This document shows, one piece after another, positions 22,168 through 33,929 of a stretch of DNA of 35,782 nucleotides (position 1 is the first letter of the stretch; every line of letters begins with the position of its first letter). This stretch comes from Reclinomonas americana ATCC 50394 (Eukaryota). The translations under genes were made by a program, and so were the position numbers. The stretch lies in contig PS015017.1 of assembly GCA_048213135.1 (NCBI GenBank), positions 91,349 through 127,130 on the forward strand. Direction: 5' to 3'. The notes under the pieces are model-generated. The model was not told the DNA's origin. It saw only the letters and a list, made by a program, of their open reading frames with translations, and did not search any database.

Positions 22168-25100
22168 TCATACTTCCGTCATGCTCAGTAACCGCTCCAG
22201 TTCACACAGCGTGGCGCCGGCCACAGGCAGACAGGCGCGAATGCCCCAGTTTGGCACCAACTGCACCACCTCGTCGAGCAGTCGCGCCGTCGGCACCTTG
22301 CATGACTCGGCGGCAAAGTGTCGCTCCGCGGCCGCTCGCTCCACGGTCACACTGTGCAGCGCCGACTCGCTGACCGCACCCGACGCGCGGCCGACCACCA
22401 CTGGATCGCGGAAGAGTGTGCCCGTCAACGGACACGTGTACATGGCGCGCAACTCGGCCGCCCACATGCGGGTCTCCTCCAACGCCTCAGCAATCATACA
22501 GAACCGTGCCGAATCCGCGTGCAGCACACACTGCTCCGGTCTTAACACTACGCCCGTGCACGGATGTGTGGGTGGCACGCGCGAGGTGCGACAGGCGGCC
22601 AACCACCGCTCCGCCACACCTCGCTCAAACGCCTCGCCATCACCCTTGCCGCTGCGACTGTGCACCGGTGGCCCGAGGGTGACGGGATCGCGCATGACAA
22701 GTCCCGACACCGGGCACAGCATAATCGAGCGCAGTCGCCGCAAGAGCGCACCATGCTGTCGAATACGTGAGGAGCAGCGAGGGGAGAGAGATTGAGATTA
22801 GGGCTGTCAAGTCTCACCTCGGCCTGCACGCCAGCCAGCACCTCCCGAGAGACGCGGTCACGCACGCACAACTGCAGTCGCGGCGTCTGCAGTGGAAAGG
22901 CGGCCAGGTGGTCCTTTTTGGCGGTCTCCCAGTCCGAGGCCGTAAAGATGCGCTGCGCCACGCCGTGCGGATCAATGTACTCGAGCGCGACGCCTGCATC
23001 GACCCAGTGCGGATGAGCGGCATACAGCTGAATGCGCTCCCACAACGTGGTGAGGTCGGTGGCCACGTCAATGGCAATCTCGTAGGCCTCGTCGCCCACG
23101 GCCACACGAATCCCCAAGTGCACGGGATCTGCAAGCGACGAAGAAGACTTTTTTTGTGGCGACGCTCCCACTTGCAGACAGAGAGACAAGACATGCGTAC
23201 CCGAGTCCGCCAACAGAATGGGCGACGGCATGCGGAAGCTGGTGACGGCCACCGCCTGCAGCTTATCCACACCATCCCACTCGTGCACATCGTCGACCTC
23301 GACCACGCGCAGCTCGACAGTGTATCGGCAACCGGGTCGCACGCCATTCACCGTCAGCTGTCCGTACCGTTGGCCGACCGCAAACACATCGACAGGCGTG
23401 CGCAGCAGCGCCGGTTCGAAGGCCTCGTTCGACGCCGACGGAACGGCAGCCGGCAACACCACGCAGTCGAGCGGCAACGGGTTCTCACGCAGGTACTTGG
23501 CGAGCCAGTCCGGCAGAGAGCGATTGCCGCCGGGCGCCTGCCATGTGATGACGGCCTCGCGACCATCGTCGAGACCCTGCACACCGAGTCGCACCACCGG
23601 CGACCCACCGTCCCTCCAGTCGTCGCCAACGCTGTCGCCGCAGTCGACACTCAGCCAGTCGCCCGGCAGCCACGTGTCTACCTCCGTGGCGGAGCACACC
23701 GACACGCGGAGTCGGTGTGTGCCAGCGCCCAGTCCGACCACCAGCAGACCCTCGACTCGTGCGTCGTCCGTGGGCACGCGCATCACACTGTTGGTAAGCG
23801 GCACAGCAGCACAAGACGTCTCGCAGAAGCGCTCCACGCGAACAGGCTTCTCCGGCGAGGCATTCACCAGCAGCAGCGTCACGAAAAAGGCAGTCGGCGG
23901 CACCTCCGACAGCAGTCCGACCAGAGCTGCGACGACAGAGAGAGAGAGAGAGAGAGGGAGAGTAGGGATGAGTGCGAGAATGTCAAGCGAGCTGCCATAC
24001 GCATACCTTCGGGAACCGCTTGAACCGACACTGCACCAGCCGATCCGCCGACCACCAGGTGCGTGCCGTCGGGTGACCACGCTGCACTGTTGAGATGCTC
24101 ACCACGGCCGGCGACCGCAGCGCGCATCGTCCCGAGTGGCTCGCCACTGCCCGTCCACCACAGACGCACAACGCCATCGGCGGAGGCCGAGGCCAGCAGC
24201 AGCGGTTGATGAGGCCGAAACGCCAACGCTCGCACCCTCCCGTCGTGCCCATTGTGCAGCGTCCGCACACACCTCCCAGTGCTCCCGTCCCACAGTCGCA
24301 CTGCATGATCGAAAGACCCCGTGGCCACCCACTGCTCGCCACTCCATGCGACGCACGAGACGCCCGCCGGATGCACCAGGCGAAACAGAAACACCCACGT
24401 CTCCCCACCATCGTCGCCACTGCCACTGCCAGTGGGCTTGGCGGCAAACACATGTGCATTGCCGTCGGCCGAGGCCGTGGCCAATCGCCGTGATGCCGAG
24501 TTCGAGAGAGCCACCGCGAGTACCCAGTCACTGTGCGTAGGAGTGAGAGTGGCAGGTCGCTTGTCGTCGCCCGCAGAGAGGCGCATGCAGGCCACAGAAC
24601 CGTCTTGAGCGCCCGAGACAACCCACTCGCCACCACCAGCCACACAGCACACAGATGCAGTGTCTGTGTGGAAGCTGAATGAGGGAGGGGCGGTGGAGAA
24701 GGGGGTGTGGGGAGTGTCGTCACGCAACGTGCACGCGACCAGCGATGGAGTGTGAGACCGGTGTGTGCATCCCTCACAGTCACCGTGCATGCGGGTGCGG
24801 CGGAGCCGGCGATGAGCAGGCGCGGGTAGCTGCATGCAGAGGGTAATTAGAAGGAGGCACATGTGTGTGTGTGTGTATGTGTGTGTGTGAGTGGGTGTGT
24901 GCGCGCCACCTTGCATGCCAGGCGACGCAGCGCGCCGTGCACTTGTATTCTTCGCGCCACTGCAGTCGACGACTGCCACCGTGGCGATCGAGTTGGAGGA
25001 TGGACACGAGGCCGCCACGGTCGACACTGGCCACCAGTGTGTGGCCGTCGAGCTCCACCGGGCTCACGGCCTGCATCTGCTGTGGAGGTGGTGGTGGGGG

Positions 25101-25190
25101 ACAACGAAGCAACAGTCGCGAATGTTCGTTCGACGTCGCCGCGAAGTCGTTCTGCAACGCGTCCCGGTGGTTGGCGAGCGTGTGGTCCAT
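22168..25190 (-). CDS. Putative E3 ligase: WD40 propeller, FN3-like, PB1-like, two U-box domains
   Basis: WD40: AHTASVCCVA, HSDWVLAVALS..LATASADG, VATGSFDHAVRLWD, GHDGRVRALAF. FN3-like: AVITWQAP...LTVNGVRPGCRYTVELRVV. PB1-like: LEYIDPHG..IFTASDWETA. U-box: MLCPVSGLVMRDPV..GEAFERGVAERWL..THPCTG and YTCPLTGTLFRDPV..TVERAAAERHF..LVPNWGIRAC. Introns include 24728-24664 and 22817-22756; the start is uncertain. Confidence 0.8.
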
Positions 25191-26080
25191 GCACAACTGG
25201 CATCACATGCAGTCAACATACACACAACCATCCGGAGTTGCTGAAACTGAAACGAGACGCTGACAACTGCAACTTCAAGACCACATGTTCGACACGCAGT
25301 ACATTGGGAACTCCGAATCCCCAACATGGCCGCCTGTATGCACAAAACCACAGTACCTGTGCCCAAGTGGACAGGCTCCGAATGGACAAGAACGCAAGGG
25401 CCATGGTTGATTTCCTTGGTACCAATATCAAGCGCGTTCGATAATGTACCACAAGTGGCACGAAGACTTGCTCGCAGACCCTGCTCTTGCAGCTTTGGTT
25501 GTGTCTGCCCTCCATGCAGCGTCAGAGCTCGCGAATGCACACTGCACGAAAGGCGTGTGCTCATTGAGAGAAACAAATTGTATCGGCAATTGCGATCAAT
25601 CAGTCATATTTATCGGTGAGGGCCTTTGGCAAATGCGAAACCTAGCAGTATTGCGACAGCTTCACCACGTTGCTGACTCTGATTCGCCAGTTGCTTTGCT
25701 CGGACCGCGCAACGAATGCAGGAAATTCATCACTGCCCAACAAATACCGATCGTCGCCAACGTCAGGCTGTTGCGTTGATGTGCCCAGACATGCGCGCGT
25801 TTGCATGTGTGTGGGTGCGTGTGCGTGCGTGAGTGCGTGTGTGGTCAGCCAACCAATCGGCCAATTCCGGACAGATGAGTCAGCACCTCGCATCTCCACA
25901 CGCACCCCCAACGCACGCGCAGTGAGTGCGAAAGACAACGGACAGTGAGAGCAGCAAGCGTCACGCCGCGCCCCAGCGCACTCACACACGCACACAGACA
26001 GAGAGATTCCACACTCTTTTGTGACGGTGTCCAAGTCCAACAAAACCTTTTCGACAAGCGCAGAAAGGAGACAAGAAAAA

Positions 26081-28110
26081 ATGAGTGCGCCTCCTCCTTC
26101 ACTGACGACACTGGCTGAGATCGCTGCGGTGACAACAACACCCTCGTCTCCCAAGATGACGTCACCCAAGAAAGGTGCGTGACATGAGAGAGAGAGAGAG
26201 AGAGAGTGCGTGCGTGCGTGTGTGTTTGTGTTGGGGGATGTCATGGCCGCGAACAACATACTCTCTCTCTCTCTCTCTTTCATTCCCCCACTTTCTTCAT
26301 TCTTTGTTGATGTCACACGCGCACACATGTTTGTGTGTGCGTGCATGAGTAACCATCACCTTTGTTTTCTTGTTTTAAAGAAATAATCTTTGCGCTCACA
26401 TGTGTGTGTGCACACAGAACCCACAGCCAATGGCGGTGACTTGCTCGCCTCCATGAAGCCAGTGGAGCCCTCATCATTTGCTGTTGCGTGTGCCTTTTTT
26501 TCGCACATTATGTTTTTTTCGTTGATATCGCCCGCCACCGCCAACAAATGTTCTCACTCCAATTGTTTATTGCAGCCGGCACCGCCTTCTTCTTCGGCGC
26601 CCATGTTGATGGCTTCGCATTCGTATCCGGTTGGTCATGGCAATGCTTCACCACCGCACCATCAGCATCATCACCAGCATCAGCAGCAGCAGCAGCAGCA
26701 GCACCAGCTGCATCATCATCAGCTTCTGCACTCATCGTCGTCGTCATCGTCAAGCGTACCCACGTCGAATTTTGCGATGAATTCCACCAACGGAAATGGT
26801 GTTGGTGGCTCGGGTGGCAGCTCAGCGGCGGACGCAGCGCAGTCGTGGGAAATGTGGAAGCCGATTGTTGAAGTTGCGTTTGCTGTTGTTTTGTGAAGAT
26901 GCAATTCGCTTCCTGTTGTTCTTTTGTTGTTGTTTTCGTACGCTTTGCTTTGGCACGCTGGAGAGCTGAGTAACACACACGCACGCACGCACACGCTGGT
27001 CGATCTTTGCCCTCTTGTTGTTGTGCTTGGGGAGTGAGCGTGGGAGCCGACCTCTGTCATTCTCCACACTGCTCGTCTTGGGTGGGGAGATGCTTGCTGT
27101 CTTCTGTGCTGTAATGGCAGTCAGTGATGTGCGACTCTGCGAAGTATTCGCATATGCTGTGTGACCACTGATGTGCTCTTTCTGTGAGTTCGCACCACGA
27201 GATCTTCTGTGTGTGTGAGAGATGGGCGAGAAACAGCAGTTCCAGACGATCGGCATTTTCTGTCAGTGCGCGTGAGTGTAGCTTGTGTGAGCAAGAGGGT
27301 GCGTGTGCGCGTGTGTGTGCGTGTGGAGGTGGAGAAGGAGCACGACACTTGCCCTCTTGGTGAATGATGCACCGAGTGCGCATTCTTGTCGCATCTGGGG
27401 CCAATCGGCGCAAGTATTACATTGATGCTGGTCACCACACTTTCTAAAATTCCCTGAGAGAGCGGACCGTCTCGCTTTTCATTCTCTCTGCATTCACGCA
27501 CACGCACTCTCCCTGTCTCTCCCTCTCGTGCACGACGCGGCACTCGGGCACGCCTGCGCTGTGTTAAGATGTTCACTCATTTGACGTACGAACAGCAATA
27601 TCGCCCGCAGCTGCACACGCTGCCGCAGTTGCCGCTCTCGGCACTGCCAATACCTCTACCGTCGGTGACACCCGTCAGTATGGCTGGCCGCTCGAACTCT
27701 GGCGGCCTGCCGTCGCCAACGCCGTCGTCGTCAACCTCCTCGGTCACCTCGTCCACCGCAATTCATCGCTCTCCCGGTCCGTCTCGCCATCACCACCTGC
27801 TACAGCAGTCGCTGCTCGGTGGCGGAAGCGGTGCCGCCCTCAGTGCCAGCAACAACGCCAGTGGCAGCGTGCATGCACGTATGTCAGACTTCTCCAGTGG
27901 TGCGCCCACGTCGCCACCGTCGGCAATGACCACCAACACCACGTCGACGGCGCCTGGCTCCAGCATGTTTGGACCGCTGGACGGCACCTCATACGCCCAC
28001 GTGCTCATGTCGCTGCGCTCGTCGCCCGTGCAGCAGGCTGCGGCTGCGGCAGCGTTGGCCGCCACAGCCATGGACCACCACGGGCACCACCAGTCGCACC
28101 ACCATCAACA

Positions 28111-28141
<31 letters not shown>

Positions 28142-28192
28142 CAACAGCTGCAACAGCAGCAGCAGCAGCAACAACAACACCAACAGCACCAA

Positions 28193-28227
<35 letters not shown>

Positions 28228-29110
28228 CTTGATGCACCACCAGACGGTGACGGTGCCGAGTTCGCCACAGGCACCGCGTACAATGCCGAGCCTGATGACC
28301 GGCGGTCACGTTGCAACATCTCCGCACGTGCTGGCCATGTTGGAGCAGCTCCACCAGGCGTACCCACACGCATACGCCCACATGCCACCGCCACAACCGC
28401 CAATGATACTGCCGCATCACGCCTCGCAACAGCAGCCACAACAGTCCCCGTCGGCGGCAGCACTGCACCAGTATCAGCAGCTGTCGATGATGGCAACACC
28501 GTCGGCAACCTCCATGGGCATTCCGCTGCCACACCACCTGCCACTGCCGCACCACGTGCAAGTTCAAGTCGCCGCATCCCCCGGCTCCCTGCTGACTTCG
28601 CATTTGCACTCACACTCTCAGCCGCCACCGCCACCACCGCCGCCGCCTCCCCCTCCACCACCGCCATCATCACAGTCCGCGGCGTCTACCGCCAACGGGC
28701 AACCGGTGCGACGCAAGCGCGGACGGAAGCGCGATGCGGCGGACGCAATCGGCGGCATCGGTGCAGGGGCCACTGGTGGCGAAGCTGGTATGGTCGGTGG
28801 AGAGGATGAGCCGGCACAGAAGCGCCGTGAGCGGCTCGGCCCGACGCGCGATTTGTCGGCGGAGGAACGGCAGCAGCTGGATCGTGCCATCCAGTGGTTT
28901 AGCGGTGCAATTCGCCTTCATCGCGGTCAAACGCGACTGGCACTGGATCCTCTGCGCAAGCACATTTGCGAACACGTCCTGCAACTGCCGCAAGTGTGGA
29001 AGAGAACGCACCCGTGCTGGAAGGTGCTGCTGCAGGAGCTGTTCGTGGGTCAGCACTTTGAGGTGCGCGCCGAATCTGACGAGTTTCCGCACCTTCTGCG
29101 GCCCGGATGA
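26081..29110 (+). CDS. Q/H/P/S-rich low-complexity protein with a basic NLS-like motif and a small C-terminal folded domain; exons 26081-26174, 26418-26482, 26576-26872, 27596-29110
   Basis: Phase-compatible GT-AG introns join MSAPPPS..SPKK|EPTANGG..SSFA|PAPPSS..WKPIVE|QYRPQL; 513-aa terminal ORF with polyQ, polyP and PVRRKRGRKR. Confidence 0.7.
28105..28226 (+). repeat. CAG/CAA polyglutamine tract (about 40 codons with His/Leu interruptions)
   Basis: Mixed cag/caa repeats in frame. Confidence 0.95.
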
Positions 29111-29328
29111 CCGCGTTTTGGTGGTTTGCGAGGCGATCGAATGTGTGAGAATGTGTGCGCACACGGAGGCACTTATTATAATGTAGATGGAGTGAGCCGT
29201 GCACAAATTATTCCTGTTTTGGTTTGCGTGTTCAGTGGTGCTACATCGCCGCTGCAGCGAATGTTGTTTGTCAATTCTGCTGCCTCATGCAATATGTTGA
29301 GTGTATTCGAGTCTGCTTCTGCGCGCGT

Positions 29329-31020
29329 TTACTTGCGGGATGGACCACCGGGCTTCCGTGACCATTTGCCGTAGCTGAACACATCGGCGGCGTCGACAAT
29401 CGCCGCGCGACCGACCACCACCTTTTCGTGCGATGCGCTGCCGNNNNNNNNNNNNNNNNNNNNCTGCCGGCGAGCTCTTCAGCTCCATTGCACTCACGGT
29501 GACCACCTTGGGCACACGTGGCGACACTGGCATCGAGCTCACGGCGGAGAGGGGGAGCGATGGTGGCGTTGACATGAACGCCGATGAGGCCGACGACGAG
29601 GAGGATGGCGGAGGTGTCGGTGGCGACACTGAAATCGCCTGATTCACCACCACGTTCACCCACGAGCAGTCGGGCCACTGTGCGGACGACGGCATGCCTC
29701 GGCGCTACATGGAAGGAAACGCGAGTGGGCATGAAAAAGCAGCTTGCAGAGAGGCGATTGCGACAACACAACGCACCACCATCGTCGCATAGTGATCGGC
29801 CAACTTGCACATCTCAGAACGCATGAGCTGGCCGAGCTGTACGAGGCGGCGCACCTCAATCCCCATCAACTCCTTCTCTTGCGTCACCACGGCGAGCTCA
29901 GTAAGCAGACGCTTGTTCTCGGCTTCGAGCGCCTGTTTGCGCTCCGACAGCGTATCACGCTCACCCAACACGCCCTACGCCGCCACCCACCAGTGAGCGC
30001 GACTCACATACACCACAATGATCGACAAGCACGAAGCCGACCTGGCGACCAACACGATTCTTATCGCGCAGCGTCCTGATCGTCTCCTCCATCTCCTCCT
30101 TCTCGCGTGCAGAGGCCGACTTGGCCTTCTCCAGCGCAATGCACTTGCGACGCAGAGTTTGGTTCTCCGCCTCCTGCTCCGCGACCTTCTTCTCAAACGC
30201 TCGCACCACCTTCTTGGTCGTACGCTGCTCCCCCTCGTATCGATCCCGTTCACGCTCCAGCACCGATCGCAGCTCCTCGGCCTCCGTCGACACACGCGAC
30301 AGCGTACTGCGCTGTGCCGTGTACTCGCCACGCAGCTCGCTGAGCTCTTGCTTCAATGTGGTCGCCTGGAGAAGGAATGGTGAGCTGAGGAGGAAAATTG
30401 GACATGCACTCGTACAACACAGACAGACCTCGCTCGCATAGCGTTGGAGGCTCTGCTTGTACTGCTCCTCGGCCTTGTCGCGCAGCTGCAGCGTCATGTC
30501 CCACTCGGCATGCTCACTGATGGCGGCCTCGCGCAAGTCGCGAGCTTCACTGGCCTGCTGCGCCAACTGCTCCAGCTCGCCCATGTGTTGTGCCATTTCG
30601 TTCATCTGTGACACCAGGCGATCGCTGTGAAAGGGAGTGAGAAGGAAGAGTGTGTGAGAGAGAGAGAGACAGAGAGACAAGAGGAGACAGGGAGAGAGAG
30701 AGAGAAACCGTTCAGTACGCGCGACCGTCGCGACTCGCTTGGCCTCTGTTGCCTCCCTCAGCAGTCGCTCCACCTCATTCTGTGCACGCTCCTCGTTCTG
30801 ACGCAGTCGCTGGCACTCGTCTCGCGTCCCGCGCAGCTCGTGTTCCAAGTACTGGCGACACGCAGCGATGGTGAGGATGTGATGCAGCACACAACACACA
30901 CACAGAGGGAAATGGGCGGGAAGGAGAGACCTTGATGTGGTCCTCGGAGGCTTTGAGACTCTTCTGCAATGGACTGGAGACGTGGTCCAGCAGGCCACCC
31001 AGCGCGCCGTGCGACGCCAT
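29329..31020 (-). CDS. Uncharacterised coiled-coil protein with a Ser/Pro-rich tail; 5 introns; internal gap
   Basis: MASHGALGGLLDH..EDHIK|YLEHELRGTRDECQRL..|ATTLKQELSELRGE..|GVLGERDTLSERKQALEAENKRL.. heptad-rich exons joined by phase-compatible GT-AG introns. The last exon frame (..YGKWSRKPGGPSRK*) is inferred across the gap. Confidence 0.72.
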
Positions 31021-31238
31021 CACAGAGAAGTTGAGTGAAAATTCGGGTTTGGCGGGCCCTCCTTCTGTGCACTTCGGTGTCGAGTGGTTCGCCAGCGGAT
31101 GCTTCTCCTTCTACGAGTCGCGTACACAAATAACAAGGAGGTTTTACTCGGTGTGCATGGCGATTGCACTTGTTTTCACAGTTTGTACATCTTGTGGCAT
31201 GGTGGTTGCCGGCAGGCTGCGCTGGACACCGGCGGCGA

Positions 31239-32163
31239 TCACTTGGCGGGCACCGGCACGCCCATCTCCGTGTCGTACGTGACCTGACAATAGCGGAAGC
31301 TCGAGTTCGCACCATTGTAACAAATCGACTGCTCGATGGGCGGGGAGTACACGTGGATCGTCACCGCCCCCACCGACTCGCTCTCGTTCACGACGCGGTG
31401 CACGCCCATGCCGTCGTCAATGTAGACGCCTTGGCAGTCGGCCTCGCCGAGCAGATTCACGTGGGAGTCCGCGATCATCTCGCGACCTTGCGCCACGTCC
31501 TCCTCGGTCGGGTACGCGTAGCGGTACTCGTGCAACACGCCATCAATGTAGCGCATCCAGCACTGCGACTTGTTGTGCGAGTGGATAGCACTGCGTGGGG
31601 CACCACTGATGAGGAACCGATGCAATACCGGTGACTTCGAACAGACAATAATACCTGCCGGTCTTGGGAGCCCAGCAGAGGACGAGGATGGCAAAGCGCA
31701 TGTCCTCTTGCATGAACACCAGGTTGCGGGTGTACTTCTTGCCATGCGGGTCGAACACCATGTACTTGGCCTCCTCTTCGGCCGTCAGGCGGACGCGCGC
31801 CAGCACATCGGCGACGGCATCCGGATTGCAGGGTCCATCGCTGGAGGCAAACTGTGGCGACAGAAAAACAGGAGATGAACAGACGCACACACTCAACACC
31901 GCTTCGTAGGGGGGCGCGCGTACGCACGCACTCACCAGCGGCTCAAGCACCGGGCCCAGCTCCTCGAGATGAATCGTCGATGCTGGGTCGACGGCCTTCT
32001 TGTGCAACACGGGACTGAGGCCATCGCCGGCGGACGGCAGCGCGATGGCGTATCGCTCCACTTGTGCATGTGGAGAGTCTTCGCCATCCACGAGCATCGC
32101 GGAGGCGCCCTCGGGCGCAAAGCGAGCCACAGAGAAGAAGTCTTGATCTGCAGGGGCCAACAT
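31239..32163 (-). CDS. CDO1: Cysteine dioxygenase type I; introns 31935-31852 and 31654-31591
   Basis: YTRNLV, LCWAPKTGSAIHSHNKSQCW (two Fe-binding His and the crosslink Cys), GVHRVVN (third His), VTIHVYSPP (crosslink Tyr). Confidence 0.94.
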
Positions 32164-32730
32164 GATGAGAGATGATCTATTTGTCGGGAAAGCCTTGGCG
32201 TTCTAGAGCAGAGGAAAAAGGAGATGTGTTGTTGTCAGCACGTCGGCAGCTATTTATCGAGCCTCCGTGGTGTGATTGAGGCTCGGTACGCGGCAGACAA
32301 GCATTATCAACCGGTGGTGGTGGTGGTGGCTCGAGTCACAATTTCAAGACACGACACCACACGCGTACTTGAGCTTGTGCGTAACTTGCTGTCAGCAACA
32401 GGATTCGTCTCATTGTCAGCAATGGCGCTCACACTCACGGCACGGCTGTTGTCGACTGTGGTCTGCGCGATCGCTCCCACGCCAGCTCGCTCGCGAGATC
32501 TAGACGATCATCGCAGCGGCGGAGATTCTGAGGAGCTCTCGTTGTTGTTCGTGGGTGTACAGTTATAATTGGACACAGCGACACATTCTGCGCTGGCTGA
32601 ATTCGCTGTGGTGTGATAAAGCTGTCAATAACCCGTTTCACACACAAACCAGACGATCCGACCACCGGACAACAATCGAAAATAAAATATTGGAGCGCAC
32701 TTGTCAGACCCCACTTACCTCTTTTCGATC
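32164..32730. promoter_or_regulatory. Divergent intergenic region shared by CDO and CysRS
   Basis: ATG 32163 (-) and ATG 32731 (+) face away from each other; sequence is more AT-rich than the exons. Confidence 0.55.
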
Positions 32731-33896
32731 ATGTCTGCGAGCGATAGCAACGCCTCTTCTTCTTCATCATCGTCGTCGTCTTCAAAGATGCCACACTGGA
32801 CGATGCCCGAGACCGCTGACGGTGCGTTTGTCGACACCGGAGTGCTGGTGTGGAACTCGCTGACGCGCACCAAGGTGAGCGAGCTCGGTTGAACGCACAC
32901 TGAGCCACGATCGGGATGACTAACCTTATGCGCACACGCACACAGGTACCACTTCGCAAACCGAAGGACAGCCCCCTGCGCTGGTACTCGTGCGGACCGA
33001 CAGTGTACAACATTTCCCACTTGGGTCATGCACGGTGAGTCGTCGCTGCGTAGTCTCTCTGCGCGATTCGTCTGGCGTCTCCCTCTAACACACGCACACA
33101 CACAACAGCAACTATGTGTCGCTGGACATTCTGCGCCGAGTGCTGGAGGACTACTTTGGCATCCCCACTCTCTACGTGATGAACATTACCGATGTCGACG
33201 ACAAGATCATCATCGCGGCTGCGCACAAGCACCTGGTGGACCTGGTCGCCGACGTTTCCGAGCGGAGTGGCGCGGAATCGATGGCCGTCAGTCAGGCGCT
33301 GGAGGATGCCCAGGCGGTGCTGGACCGAGAGGACGAGTGGCGCCAAGTGTCGAAGACACACTCGGCGGCGCAGGCGCTCAAGCAGGCCGCACTTGCCGCC
33401 GGCATCATCAGTGCGGACGAGGCTGCATCGGAGCCAGACTTCGAGGGCTACGCCCGTCACTACGAGCAAGACTTTCTGGAGGACATGGCCGCCCTGGGAG
33501 TTGCGCGAGGCCAGCTGCATGCAGCAGCACTTGTGTCAGTTGCATTTTCCTCACACAAATGCTGGCTACCCACAGGTGCGACCGGCTCACGCCATGCCGC
33601 GCGTCTCGGAGCACGTACCTGAGATCATCGCCTTCATCGAGCGCATCATCCGCAACGGCTTCGCGTACGCCACCGCCACTGGATCCGTGTACTTTGACAC
33701 CAGCGCCTACCTGGCCTCCGGACACGACCACCCGAAGCTGGCACCGGAGCGCCGCGATGACCTGGAGCTGATGGCCGAGGCTGAGGGTGCTCTCAGCAGT
33801 ATCGGATCGGCGGAGAAGAAGGCCACGGCGGACTTTGCCTTGTGGAAGGCATCGAAGCCAGGCGAGCCGTCCTGGAGCTCGCCGTGGGGACGCGGT

Positions 33897-33929
<33 letters not shown>

